A stretch of 64,000 bases of DNA, taken from positions 23,002,001-23,066,000 of the forward strand of contig NC_043014.1 of assembly GCF_006345805.1 (NCBI RefSeq), given 5' to 3'. Below, in pieces: positions 11,543 through 23,534 of the stretch. A program made the translations under genes and the position numbers. Source of the DNA: Octopus sinensis. Lineage: Eukaryota. Under the pieces are notes generated by a model that saw only the letters and a program-made list of their open reading frames with translations, made no database searches and was not told where the DNA came from. The stretch's first letter is position 1. Each line of letters begins with the position of its first letter.

Positions 11543-13459
11543 TGTGTTAAGTAATTGTTAATTTTTGTATATAGAAATTGAAATTTGAATCGCGCGAGGC
11601 ATTTGCCGCTGCGCGTTGGAAACTTTTTGTAGAAGGTGCGCCGACCCTCAAGTCATGGAGACTTACGCGGGGGTCACCGCAATGAAAAGCGATATGCCGC
11701 TGACAGTAAGAGAGGTGTTCTTTAAAAAAAGAACAACTAGAGGAATTTGAGAAATTCATTGAAAGGGAGGGTGACAGAGTGAAGCTGGTCCCCCCTGCTG
11801 AAGCAAAGGAGGAAAAAGAGGACAAAACTATAATTTATAGAACACAGGACATGACCACAAGAAAGCTATCAAGAATAGCAATAGAAGACATAGAAAAATG
11901 TCTGGACGACATTATGAAAAAGGCTACCTTTGTGTGCAGAGGCAAGAAATATGGTACGGTGGAGGTGAGGTACGCAACAAAAGAAGTTGCGGCCTCGCTA
12001 GCTACCACCATACTCAGAGCCAAAAACTTCGTAATGTGGCCTACCTACAAAGGGAAAAGAGGGGTACGGGTTAAAATCCCAAATATACCCCCAGATTTAA
12101 AAACAGAATGGCTGGTAACAGTCATCCTAGGATCAGCAGAGGAAGATATAGAAATTGGATCGATAAAGGAGACTAGCATAGTGAAATGGAAGAGATTCGG
12201 AGTAGAGATGTGGCTGATGGCCACAAACAGCGATATAGATCGAATTCCCTTCCAAATAGAAGTAGAAGATGGTAGAACCCTCTGCGTAATCGTTGAGGGG
12301 AGGAAACCCAATTGTTATTTATGTGGGACAAGAGGTCACATTAAAATAGAATGTCCGCTTTACGAATACGTGGCGGAGTGTGAAAAAGCAGAGGAAAACA
12401 AAAAAGAGAAAGAAAAAGAACCCGAAGAAGGGAACAATACTCTAAAGGAGAAAGAAAGCAAGGAAAGGGAAACAACGGTAAAAGGAAATAACAATACACG
12501 GAAGGAAAATGAAAGCAAAGAGAAGAAATTAATAGAAGAAGAACAAAAGTCACAGGCAATAGAGAAAGAAAAAGAAAGTAAAATAAAGGAAAGAGAAAAA
12601 ACAGGAAAAAAACAAGAGAAGGAACAGAATCAAGAGAAAGGAAAGGCTGCTACACAAAAAGAAAAAGAAAAAACAGGAAAAGAACATACGACAGACAAAG
12701 AACCAAAAAGAGAAGGAAAAAGAAAAGGAAAGCAAAAAGAGAGAAAGAGAAAAACCGAGAGAGGAAGGTAAAGAAGAAGTAAGTCCGAAGAGGAAAACTA
12801 AAGAAAACATAGGGTCAAATAGAAGATACAAATTTTACGGAACATTGGTTCAATACAGACACTGTGGGGAGATGGAGGAACTAATAAGTGAAACGGAGGG
12901 ATATTCATGGGTCAGGATGGGCACGGAGTGGAAGGAAACGGGTGCACTGGTCCATGAAGACAATGCCGATGCGTTTATCGAGGCCGCTGGTATGAACGTA
13001 ACAAGACACACGAAGTGCCGACTACTAAGGCACCCACGAGAAATGGAAAACTACAATGACCTGAAAAAGGTAATGGAACTAATTTAAAATTATAAGAAAA
13101 AAAAAAGAGAGAATTTGGAAAGACTTTTGTTTATTTCAAATGTATTTTGAAATCTTAAAGATGTATTGCGAAAGCTTTATATGTGAATTTGTGAAAACAA
13201 TTTTTCTGTAATTGATAATGTATTTTGAAATTATATTTTGAAATGTATTGAAATGTATTGCAAAATGCTGAAAAATGAATTTGTTACTTTTGAAAACATT
13301 ATAAAATGTAATTAAAAACGACGAAATGTAAGCACCTGATTTTGGGGATCGGGTGGGGCATTACACCACATTTATACATATTTCATATTTCATTATTTTA
13401 TTTTTTTCCCCGATTGTACTGTCCCCTCTATGTTCGCCCCTTGTGGGTAATAATAAAAT
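11543..13459 (+). mobile_element. ORF1-only (HAL1-like) L1/Tx1-related non-autonomous retrotransposon
   Basis: Flanked by the identical 17-mer AATTCAATTTAATTGAT (11526-42, 13460-76); CpG-rich 5' UTR; one ORF1; ~370-bp 3' UTR ending CCCCTTGTGGGTAATAATAAAAT; no ORF2 sequence seen. Confidence 0.8.
11655..13087 (+). pseudogene. L1/Tx1-type ORF1 (CCHC zinc knuckle, Lys/Glu-rich tail), two frameshifts
   Basis: ATG at 11655 joins track ORF 11779-12771 if one A is removed from the A7 run at 11724-30; knuckle CYLCGTRGHIKIECP; a second shift near 12730-12765 continues as EEGKEEVSPKRKTKENIGSNRRYKFYGTLVQYRHCGE...KKVMELI* (track ORF 12845-13087). Confidence 0.8.
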
Positions 13460-13742
13460 AATTCAATTTAATTGATGTCTGATTTTTCCCGTATTTGAAG
13501 CGTGGTATTTTCAGTAATTTGTAAGTAACTGTTTAGTGTTTGTTAAAGAAACTGTTGTTTTGTTTGAACTTTGAACGTCTGGTGTAATAACAAAAAATAT
13601 TGTTATTCACCTCCTTACGGAGGTGAAAAGTGCTACACGTTACATACAAAAACAAAAAAAAAAAATATATAACACTACATTTGTGAAAAAAATGAACAAT
13701 ACATTTGAAAAAATGAACAAAAAGACATGATGTCAAAAAAAA

Positions 13743-14510
13743 ATGTTGTTTGATGTGGAAACACTGTCCGCTTCAAGTGACGAAGATTCGCCTTCAAGTG
13801 AAGCAGGTTTGCCTGCAGTTAAAGTCATCGAAGGTTCGCCTTCAAGTGTAGCTGTGTCTGCAGCTAAAATTATTGAAGGTTCACCTTTAAGTGAAGCTGT
13901 GCTTGCAGCTAAAGTTATCGAAGGTTCGCCTTCAAGTGTAGCTGTATCTGCAGTTAAAATTATTGAAGGTTCGTCTTCGAAAGGAAAACAAGCTAAAACA
14001 TACAACTTCGCAGCCGCTGCTGGACGGAAGATGGAAGAGATTAAAATGGAGGACATAGAATATGAAAAATACAAAAATATGTTTGTAAGGGAGGGGAATA
14101 ATATAAAAGCCACCCTTCTAGAAGAAATTAAAAATGAAACACAAAGAAGGATAGTGATTTACAAATCATTTGTAATAAAAGAGAAAAAAATTGAAAGAGT
14201 AACAAAAGAACAGGCAGAGAAGTGCCTGCAACCAATATAGCAAGACATAGACTTTGTGACATGGGGCAAAAAGTACGCCACAATAATGGTATATTTTAAG
14301 AGCGAGCAAATGGCAAGAAAGCACTCGCTAACCTCAATTAAGGCGAGTAATATTCTTCTCTTGCCTTCCTATTTGGGGCGGAGGTCCGCCAAAATAAGAA
14401 TCGAGGGCATACCTCCAGAAATCGAGGTAAAGTGGTTGCTTCCAGCCTTACTAATAGGGCTGGAAGAAAAAATAAGTGTTATAGCGATAACAAAGATCAG
14501 GATGGAAAAC
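13743..14510 (+). pseudogene. Tx1-like ORF1, N-terminal half (15-aa repeats; in-frame stop at 14238-40; truncated)
   Basis: Track ORFs 13743-14240 and 14256- are in the same frame. EKCLQPI*QDIDFVTWGKKYATI...PSYLGRRSAKIRIEGIPPEIEVKWL aligns by eye with EKCLDDIMKKATFVCRGKKYGTV...PTYKGKRGVRVKIPNIPPDLKTEWL of the upstream ORF1. Confidence 0.8.
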
Positions 14511-14699
14511 TTGAAGCCAAACACATGGGTTGCATTGTCAGGGCTAGACAACGTGCAATGGGGAGCGAAGGAATTAATGCCGCGAGATGGGCCCGAGTGG
14601 TGGAAGCCCAACGTGGCAACGATGCCACAATTCGATCTTTGCCAAACCAACAAGGTAAGTTGATAGACGAGCCCGAGGAGATGTGTGAAGCTTTTCAGG

Positions 14700-17600
14700 T
14701 CGTCGTTGATTTGACGTTCAGTAGTCGTAAGACAATCAGGCTGGATGCGGTTTACGCACCCCACAGTCAAGGGGAACAAAGTGATTACTTTCGGAACCTT
14801 GGAAAGTTTCTGAGTACATCGCATCCTTTAGTTGTTTTAGGAGACTTCAACACAGTCTACGATGTGCGGGTAGACTGTGAGGGCTCGCGAACAGATAGGA
14901 AAGGAAATGCTTGCTTCCAGGATCTACTAAGACGTTTCGAGCTGGTAGATCCATATAGACTGGAACATCCGAATGCTCCATTGTGGACATGGTCAAACAG
15001 CGACGGATCTATCAAGTCGTACATAGACAGGATATTAATTAGAAAAGTAGATAAGAAATTAGCTAGGAGTCCACAGCTCCACATGGTCAGCTACAGTGAC
15101 CACAAGATGGTCACCTGTAGGCTAGACATAGATAAGACGAATAGAGGTCCTGGTTACTGGAAACTTAATACATCCCTTTTGGCGATTAAGGAGTACAGTG
15201 ACAGGATAAGGTTAATGATTCAGAGGGCTTTAACCGGAACCATAATTAACAACAAATGGTGGTATGCCCTCAAGCGAGCCATCAGATATGAGTCCATTAG
15301 ATATAGTATAGATCTAGTTGCTAGAGAGGCTAGAAGGGAATCAGCACTAGTTAAGGACTTAGAGGAAGCAATGCGAACTGGCACGGCAGCCCAGGTGAAG
15401 GTCAAGAGACTGGTTTTAAACCAGCACCTCGAAGCCAAACACATGGGTTGCATTGTCAGGGCTAGACAACGTGCAATGGGGAGCGAAGGAATTAATGCCG
15501 TGAGATGGGCCCGAGTGGTGGAAGCCCAACGTGGCAATGATGCCACAATTCGATCTTTGACAAACCAACAAGGTAAGTTGATAGACGAGCCCGAGGAGAT
15601 GTGTGAAGCTTTTCAGGACCACTTCGCCCAGCTCTTTGGGGGGAGCGGCGGACCGGATAGGAGGAGGGGCCTAACGGAGCTCCTTGACGGGCTGCCGCGC
15701 CTCTCGGAGCAGGACGCAAAGTGTAGTGAGGAGCCGATCACGCCTGGGGAAGTAATAGAGGCCATGGCTGACTGTGGCGCGGGTAAGGCGCCAGGACTGG
15801 ATGGTCTACCCTACGAGCTTTATAAAAGTATGCCGGACTTGTTCGGGGACTTACTGGCGAACGTCTACGCTAACTGGCAGTAGAATGGGTTTATTCCCAG
15901 ATCTGTGCGCCGGGGAGTGGTGACACTAATCAGGAAGGACCCGGACAAGGGGGATGTCATTGATAATTTTAGGCCCATCACTCTGCTTAACGCAGAGCTG
16001 AAGATTTTGGCCAAAGTGTTATCAAACAGATTGGCGCGTGTCGTGGATGGACTAATAGGGAAGGCACAAACGTGTGCCGTACCTGGCAGGTCCATTCAGG
16101 ATAATCTCCATCTAATCAGATACACTATAGAGGGAATTAATAGCGATCCCAGCAAGGGAGGGGCAGTGGTCCATTTAGACCAATCAAAAGCTTTCGATAG
16201 GGTCGACCATCATTACCTGATGCCTGTTCTGGCTCAGTTCGGCCTGGGTCTTGGCTTCCTCAGGTGGATCATCGAAATGTACGATAACGTCAACTCGGTA
16301 GTTCGGGTGAACAGCTTTATTTCTAAACCGTTCAGAGTCAAATGCTCGGTTCGTCAAGGATGCCCACTCTCCCCGCTTTTGTATGTAGTGGCTCTCGAGC
16401 CGCTGCTGCAAAAACTGAGTGGCATCCCGAGGCAGCCAGGTCGTGGAATGTCGGTTTCGGCGTACGCAGGTGACATCACTATCATCGTGACTGAAGTGGA
16501 CCTCCTACGTAAAGTAGGCAAGGCCATAGAGGTTTACGAGACGGTGACAGGAGCAAAAGTTAATCGCGAAAAAGTCAGTCGGCTTGCAACTCGGCACCTG
16601 GAGAGGCAAGTCGATGCCTTCAGACAGCGTCGTGGGACGTTGGACGGAGGGTCCGATTAAGTTGCTCGGGGTTTGGTTTGGACCAGACCTCCAAATAGAG
16701 AAGAACTGGAGCAAGGTATCGAGCAGGGTGGCTGCAGTAGCCAAGACCTGTAGGGCGGAGGTAGCCAATGTGTTTATCGCATCGGTGATCACCTACCGCC
16801 TTACCGTCGTGCCTTGCCCGGATTCGTGGTTGACCAAGTTGGAAAGACAGCTCTTTCACTTTTTGTGGAAGAGCTCGAAACCACTTGTGAGACGCTCTGT
16901 TTGTTGTCAAAAACCGTTAAAGGGTGGACTAGGGATGCGCAGAAATGCGCTGAGGTTAAGGCATCTGTGGCTCCATCTGGATGGTGAACGGGTGTGGTCT
17001 CCGTTGGCGAAACAGATGTTTCCCAAGTTCACCAGTTTTGGTGGACGGGAAGCCTGGTATAATCGCAGATCGAAGTTGGATACATGGTATACGGAGTGTC
17101 GCAAGGCACTCCGACTATTCCGTCGCTCGGGCAATGCTTGCGGCAGTGGTTCTACCACTGTTTTCTATAGAGGGTTTGTAGAGGCCGGTTGCGATGATAC
17201 ATTAGGGGAAACCCTAGGTTTCAACGATAATCAGCTGGCCAGTCTGTTCCAACGTACATTTGGGCCGAGGACCCTGGATAATTTTCAGAAGTCCTTGGCT
17301 TGGCAGTGTTACCGAGAAGCCTTACCTGTTCGGGATAAACTCACAAGGCACGGTGGCCAAGTCAGCCCGACCTGCCCGAGGTGTGGGCGAGACAGGGAAA
17401 CTGTCTCATATGCGGTTGTGCAGTGCTCAGAGGTGGCAGACATGTGGGTTTTTGCCGAACAACTGTTGTCAAGTGGAGGAAGAGTACAGCTATCGACTGA
17501 ATCCATTGTAAAAATTGACCCACCGGATTTCTTAACGAAAGAAGGTAAGAATTGTTTTCTCTCTGTGGTTTCAATTGCGAAACAGGCAGTATGGAAGACG

Positions 17601-17831
17601 AGGATGAAAGGGGTGATAGCAGGCAACTTCATCTCTGGTTCTAGTCTGGTGGAATATTTTAAATTCCACCTAAAAAGACAAATAGAACTAGAGAAGAGGG
17701 GCCTGAGTAAGAAAGTGTTTGATGAAAGATGGAAGAATGTTGTGAGTAAAAGGACCCTCATGAATAAGCCAGAAAAAAAAAGAAAAAAAAACTTAAGGTC
17801 AGTGTCGAGGCGGGGTTCGTGGGGTCCGTAA
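14700..17831 (+). pseudogene. Tx1-like ORF2 (APE endonuclease lacking its N-terminus, RT, zinc finger)
   Basis: APE motifs AVYAP, VLGDFN, WTWSN..SYIDRIL, SDHKMV, GPGYWKLNTSLL; RT motifs KAPGLDGLP, FRPITLLNAELKILAKVL, LDQSKAFDRVDH, VRQGCPLSPLLY, YAGD (YADD variant); CPRCGRDRETVSYAVVQC; stop at 15881-83 and a frameshift near 16590. Confidence 0.93.
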
Positions 17832-18268
17832 GCCCGCCTCACTCCATCTGTGAAATTGTTTGTGTAAAAAATGTCCTATCATCCGAATTATATAATCATT
17901 TGTAAATTTTTAATAGACCCCAACGCATATTCATGTAAAATCATTCGTGATGTTCTGTCTTTATATGCATAACCGTATGGTGAATAAAGAAATAAGAGCT
18001 AACAATTCCAGTCTGTTATATATTTTGAGTATCGTTATCACTAGTGATATCAAGATATAACTTTGTATTTTGCATTTTATGTGTAGATGAATATATATAG
18101 ATGTACATGTAATATGTACACATATATATATATATGCACATATATACATGCACTAGCACTATGACCTGGCAACGACGGGTCTTTAATGCTAGTATATATA
18201 TATATATATGTATGTATGTATGTATATGTATGTATGTATGTATTTATGTATGTATGTATGTATGTATG

Positions 18269-18325
<57 letters not shown>

Positions 18326-18389
18326 GTGTGTATGTATGTATATGTATGTATGTATGTATGCATGTATGTATGCTACTGGTAACATGTAA

Positions 18390-18830
18390 CCCAGTACAAC
18401 CTGTTGCATGGTCGGGTCATCGGCGACTAAACCGACAACCCCACCAAGCTTGCTTGGTGAGGAGGGTGTTTATTGGACACTCTGCGGGATGAAAAACAAA
18501 ACCCGTCAAAGGGCGGAGGAACTCTTGAGAGTCAACGGCCATCCAATAAATGTCTTAAGGCTGTATCATGCGTGGGGACATAGAAATAATTGGACTGAAT
18601 ACCCGATCGCACGGTTAAACCATTGGGAGTGAAGGACTCCTAGCCTTTGTTAGGGCATCCTTCTAGGAGAAGGTAACTCAGGTAACTGGGATAACTCCAA
18701 CATAAAACCTGCGGCTCAGTGGTTACCGATGATGTTGACTTGTTCTTCTTTTTGGATTATGGCTGCTGTTGCTTAGTGAGTGGGATTGACTCAGTGCACA
18801 GCCTTTCCTCACTTAAAAAAAAATTTTCTT
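18390..18830 (+). mobile_element. Probable RTE 5' UTR
   Basis: CpG-containing segment with GGGCATCCTTCTAGGAGAAGGTAACTC...TAAAACC, resembling recalled RTE/BovB 5' UTR motifs. Confidence 0.5.
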
Positions 18831-19299
18831 GCACAGGCATTGCATGATAACAACATTGATTAAGCTTTGCGCAATGGCCATACTCAATAACGAAGGGGCA
18901 GCCACCATATATATATATCTCACACACTACTGGGTTTCTCATTCTAGGCACAGGGGAAAAACTGGTGACTTCACCTTTCCCCAACAGAACATGTTGGATC
19001 GTCTTGGTAGAATGTTATAAAAGACTTGAATAAGGAGTTTTGTCTGGTGGAAGTCTATCTACCAAATTTCAGGCCATGAAACGTTGTGTGTCATCACCTA
19101 CTTGCAACCTTATCTCGACCCTTTGTCGCTTCATCCCAACACTTATTTACTTATTACTTCTTAATCAAAACTCATCCCTCTCTTTAGATCAGCAACCTCT
19201 TTTCCTTTCCTTATGCCTTGCCATTGTGTGGAGTTGTGCAGCCACCCAGTCCAGCTCTTCCACATAACTGGTGTTTTCAGCAATCATGTTAGGCAGCAT

Positions 19300-22200
19300 C
19301 CTGGTAAATTCCATGGTGTGCTATGGACTTGGTTCTTGAAGTGAGAAAGGAACAATGCACTTTTAGAGTTCTGTGGTGAAAATGATCTAATAATCTGCCA
19401 CTTTAACTTCAGAAAACCAGCCAGTCACCTGATCCCCTATCAATCTGATGAGTGGACAAGCCAGATTGACTTTATTTTCACTAGAAATGCAAGATCCTTC
19501 CTTGGTGAGAATGTACAATCCAAAATAAATTAGTGTTTACTGATTTCAGACTTAGAGCTAGAATGACTCAGATGCAAGCCTGTCTGGTAAAGAAAGATAT
19601 TGAAGTTTAAAAGATCTATCAAACAATCAGAGATATAGAGTAGTCTCAATTGAAACATTTGATAAGGAGGAAGAGAGAGAGATGTATAACATAGAGGACA
19701 ACTGGAAGTTCTTATGGGACAAGCTACTGAAGTTTACACAACAAACCTGTGGTTGGTGCAAAGTTCCAACCAAACCAAGGGTGACAAGGTAATGTAACAG
19801 TAAAGTTGGCAGAGCCATAAAAGCAAAGAGATAGGACTGGAAGAATGGGAGCAGCATAAAATTATAGAAGAGAAGCCAGGCAATAGACATATTTAGCAAG
19901 GGGAAAAAGCAGAAAGGAAGAGGTCTGCCAATGTTCTATGTATGAAGATCAGAGGTATCAGAAAATCAAGATGTGGGACATAAGTGAATATGAATATATA
20001 AAAGAGCAATTGCCCGGAGTGATTCTATAAAGAAAGTAACACGGAAGTGCTACTGTGAAGAGTTATTAAATGTGAAGAATGCACTGGAGAAAGAGAGCCT
20101 TCCAAGTGTGAACTCCAGGGAAGGATTAACCATTCTAGTTGACAGCAATATGATAAAGATTGACAGCAGTATGATAAAGACAGGTAAGCCCCAGGTACAT
20201 CAGGAATTACCACCAAGATGCTTAAAATATTTGGTGGAATGAGATATTGCCCAGTTACCCATATAGTTAATCAGGTTGTATGGGAGGGTACCATTACCAA
20301 CGACTGGTGTAGCAGATCTGTTACAAAGGTAAAGGAACTGTCTTACAGAGGAGTAACCAAAGAAGTATCAAACTGTTGGACCAGGTCATGAAAATTGCAG
20401 AAAGATTTATAGCTCAAATGACTGGGATAATAATTAGCCTCTATGAAATGTAGTTTGATTTTGTGACAAAGATAAGTACTTCTGATGCTTTCTTCCTGGT
20501 AAAGCAGCTGCAGTCAAAAATAAACTGCTGTATTTGACTTTCATTGACCTGGAGAAAACATTCAACAGGCTCCCTCATTCTCTGATTTGATGGTCATTAT
20601 GGAAGCTAGTAGATGAATGACAGGTGAGATCTGTTTGAGCCATGTACAGGAGTACTATCAGTAAAGTGAGAATTAGCAATGAGTACAGAGAAGAATTTTG
20701 GTAGACAATCACCATATTTAGCAAGGGAAAAAAGCTCTCACTTTTCACCTAGTCGTTATTGTCTTCCACACCATAACAGCAGAATTTAAGACTATTTGCC
20801 TTTGGGAGCTCCTCTGTGCTGATGACATTGTTCATATTGCTAAATCTAGAGAATTAGAGAAGAAATTTGAGGTGGGGAAGTTAAACCAGGATCGAAGAGC
20901 CTTAAAGTTAACTTAGAAAAGATTAAAGTCCTAGTAAGCAGGAATACAAACAGTATGCTGTGTAGGTGGAAATTCCATACAGTGTGCCTATTGCAAACTT
21001 TGGACACACAAGAGATGTGAAACCATAGGTAGATTAACTGAGAATGTAGACATTGTGGCAGATGTGCAGGAGCCAGAAAACATCTTAGAACATATGAGAA
21101 ATAGATGTTTTTTTCAAATGCTCTGGAGATAGTTTCTGTTACCAAGGTAACCTAATTAGCAATGGAGGAGGAGGTTCTGGAAGTATAATTGCTAGACTAT
21201 GAACTGGTTGGAGAAAGTTCAAAGAGTTTTTACTTCTGTAGGTAACAAAAGCATCTATAATGGAATGGAAGGTTTATGACACCTGTGGAGTATCTCTTTT
21301 TCCCATTATAATTATTTTTGTAGCTTCAAGGATCTGGAACATGAAGAAGTTCACAAGTAGAGTACAGTTCAATAGCAGTTTATTTACAGAGTTGTCGTTC
21401 ATGTGGTTCTCTCTCAGAGACCATCTTTATGGCAGTGCGTGGTTTGTTATAGCTCCATACACATGAGGTTCATTACCTCTGGAGCTAAGCATGTGGAGTT
21501 AGAATGGGACAAGGGTCCGCTGTGACTACTGACTTCACAGCATTTCTCAGTGTAAACATGAGAAGGAATGAGAGAGAGAATGTCTTATTCTCCTGTTTAA
21601 ATACTGGTTGCCAGCAAGAGCCTCATTGTCATCTCGCACATGGCAAATAAGTGCAGGCAAGATCTTGTTTTTGTCTTGGATATGGTAATGGCTACCGGTG
21701 AGATCTCATTCAAAATGGTGCTGGCTTCTTGTGCCTTGCTACACTTCTATCTCAGAGTGAAAAGCAGGTTATATGATGCTTGTGAATGAACTGCAATGCT
21801 TTAGGGCAGTGAGATGTGGGCTGTAAATATTGAGGGTATGCAAAGACTAGAAAGAATTGAAGCTAGTAAGTTATGCTGAATGGTAATGTCAATATGCATG
21901 TATGACAAAGTGTAAATATCTTGAGACAAATTGGGCATAAGAGGCATCAAATGTATTGTGGTTTGATTACATAATGTACATGGATAAGAACAGCTGCATG
22001 AAGAAGTGTTGATTGCTAAATGTGTATGGAATTCATGGAAAAGGGATAAGCAATAAAACATGGGATAAAGTTGTGAAGACTGACCTCAGGTTGTTCAGTC
22101 TTAAGGAAGAGATGGCAAATGACTAAAATAACTGGCAATATATTGTGCTCAAAAAGAGCCTTCCATTCTTGCATAAATGAGGTCCTAAAAGCATATCATT

Positions 22201-22448
22201 AATGTCTATGCACTCCCACTTTCTCAAAGGAGCTTGTCCTGTGAGTTACTTGATGACTTTACTAGTACTGATGTCATGCAAAAAACACCCACTATGCACT
22301 CTGAAGTGGTTACCATTGGGAAAGGCATCCAACTGTAGTAACCATGCCAAAGCAAACATTGGAGCCCAACACAATTTTCTGACTTATTGGATCCTGTCAA
22401 ACCATCCAGACCATGGCAGCATTGAATACAAATGTTAAATGATGAAGA

Positions 22449-22480
<32 letters not shown>

Positions 22481-22515
22481 CGACGACGACGACGATGACG
22501 ACGATGATGATGACA
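19300..22515 (+). mobile_element. Old degenerate RTE LINE (APE end, RT, 3' UTR, (GAT)n(GAC)n tail), with ~450 bp unassigned at ~21290-21740
   Basis: LLEFCGENDLIIC..FRKPASHLIPYQS..SQIDF; LLCADDIV; 3' UTR and tail at 22280-22515; collinear with 60525-62670. May be two copies. Confidence 0.8.
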
Positions 22516-23283
22516 ACGTTATCTTCTAACAGTTCTGGATATGTCACCAGTTATGTCCCTGTGGTCATCAAGTGTTTTGGGTCTTTCAGCAATCAGACAC
22601 TCTCACTCAAGGTTAATCAAACTCTGGCTTGTGTCCATTTAGTACAACATCAGGTAGCCTTATCTTTTCCAGGGCTCACACCTCCTGATCCACAGTCACT
22701 TTGAAGCAGCCTCTGCTGTTTCCATAGCTAACATGATGACCTTCTGCCCACTGACTGGATTTTGAAGGCCTTGAGAGGGACTGCCCTGCAAACCCTCTGT
22801 GTCCCACTTTAATGCAATCTCACTATCTATTACTTTGATATAACTCCACCAGCTCAGCATATTCAGCATATTTCATTCTCTCCCTCTCATTTGCCTCCTG
22901 ACTATGGTCCTCCCAAGAAAAAGAGACCCCTAACAGAATCACTAACTTAAATGTGTGTGTGTATTAGTGTATGTATGTATTAGTGAATGTGTGTGTGTAG
23001 TGTGTGTAAGATCAGTATAGCTAAATGGTTAAGGAGTTTGCTTTGCAACCATGAGGTTTCAGGTTTGATCTCACTGCATGGTATCTTGAACCAATGTCAT
23101 TTTCTACAGCCTTGAGTTAACCCATACCTTGAAATTGGATATACAGAAACTGTGCGGAAACCGGTTGAATGAACTGTACCTGTAATTCAAAAGCGTAACC
23201 ATACTACACACTGTATCTTACTGATTTTGCAGTGTTGTGCTCAGTTAATTCAGCTGATTGAACAACTGAATCCTCATCATTAA

Positions 23284-23511
23284 TCCTTTAGCATTCAGAT
23301 TTATTGTCAAATGTGATGCTTAATTATTCACATTGTTTTGAATTAATCATGCATTATCTAGTAGCTTTGAGATTTCAATGATGTGATTGTTTACTTTTAG
23401 AATGACATTGTAGGATAGGTGTGAGAGATCAGATCTTGTCAGTTTGGATATAAACCAAGTAAAATATTTGGACTGGATATGGCAAATTTAAATGCTAGAG
23501 AAGCTAAAGGG
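23284..23511. mobile_element. ~230-bp TTAA-flanked MITE (piggyBac-like ends)
   Basis: TTAA-TCCTTTAGCATTC...CTAAAGGG-TTAA; reverse-orientation homologue of 29205-29424. Confidence 0.75.
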
Positions 23512-23534
23512 TTAAACAAAGATCTTCCTTCCAC

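Larger units (their letters stand above)
13465..17993 (+). mobile_element. Tx1-like L1-clade LINE, young but rearranged
   Basis: 15-bp TSD AAGAGCTAACAATTC (11516-30, 17994-18008); ORF1 remnant, APE endonuclease, RT and C-terminal zinc finger; tail TGAATAAAGAAAT. Confidence 0.9.
10981..18192 (+). mobile_element. Non-autonomous Helitron (~0.73 kb of its own sequence) interrupted by a 6.5-kb L1/Tx1 insertion
   Basis: 5' TC at 10981 after A; (GTCT)n near the 5' end; 3' hairpin GACCTG-GCAACGA-CGGGTC (18163-18181); terminal CTAG (18189-92) followed by T; A|T target inside a TA microsatellite. Confidence 0.75.

Noticed and set aside
11721-11732. TTTAAAAAAAG as a programmed frameshift site in ORF1
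   Set aside because: The required shift is +1 and the codon phase does not fit X-XXY-YYZ; a homopolymer indel or sequencing error is simpler.
17309-17842. 177-aa antisense ORF and similar ORFs opposite LINE coding regions
   Set aside because: Shadow ORFs of GC-richer coding sequence, with no independent motif.
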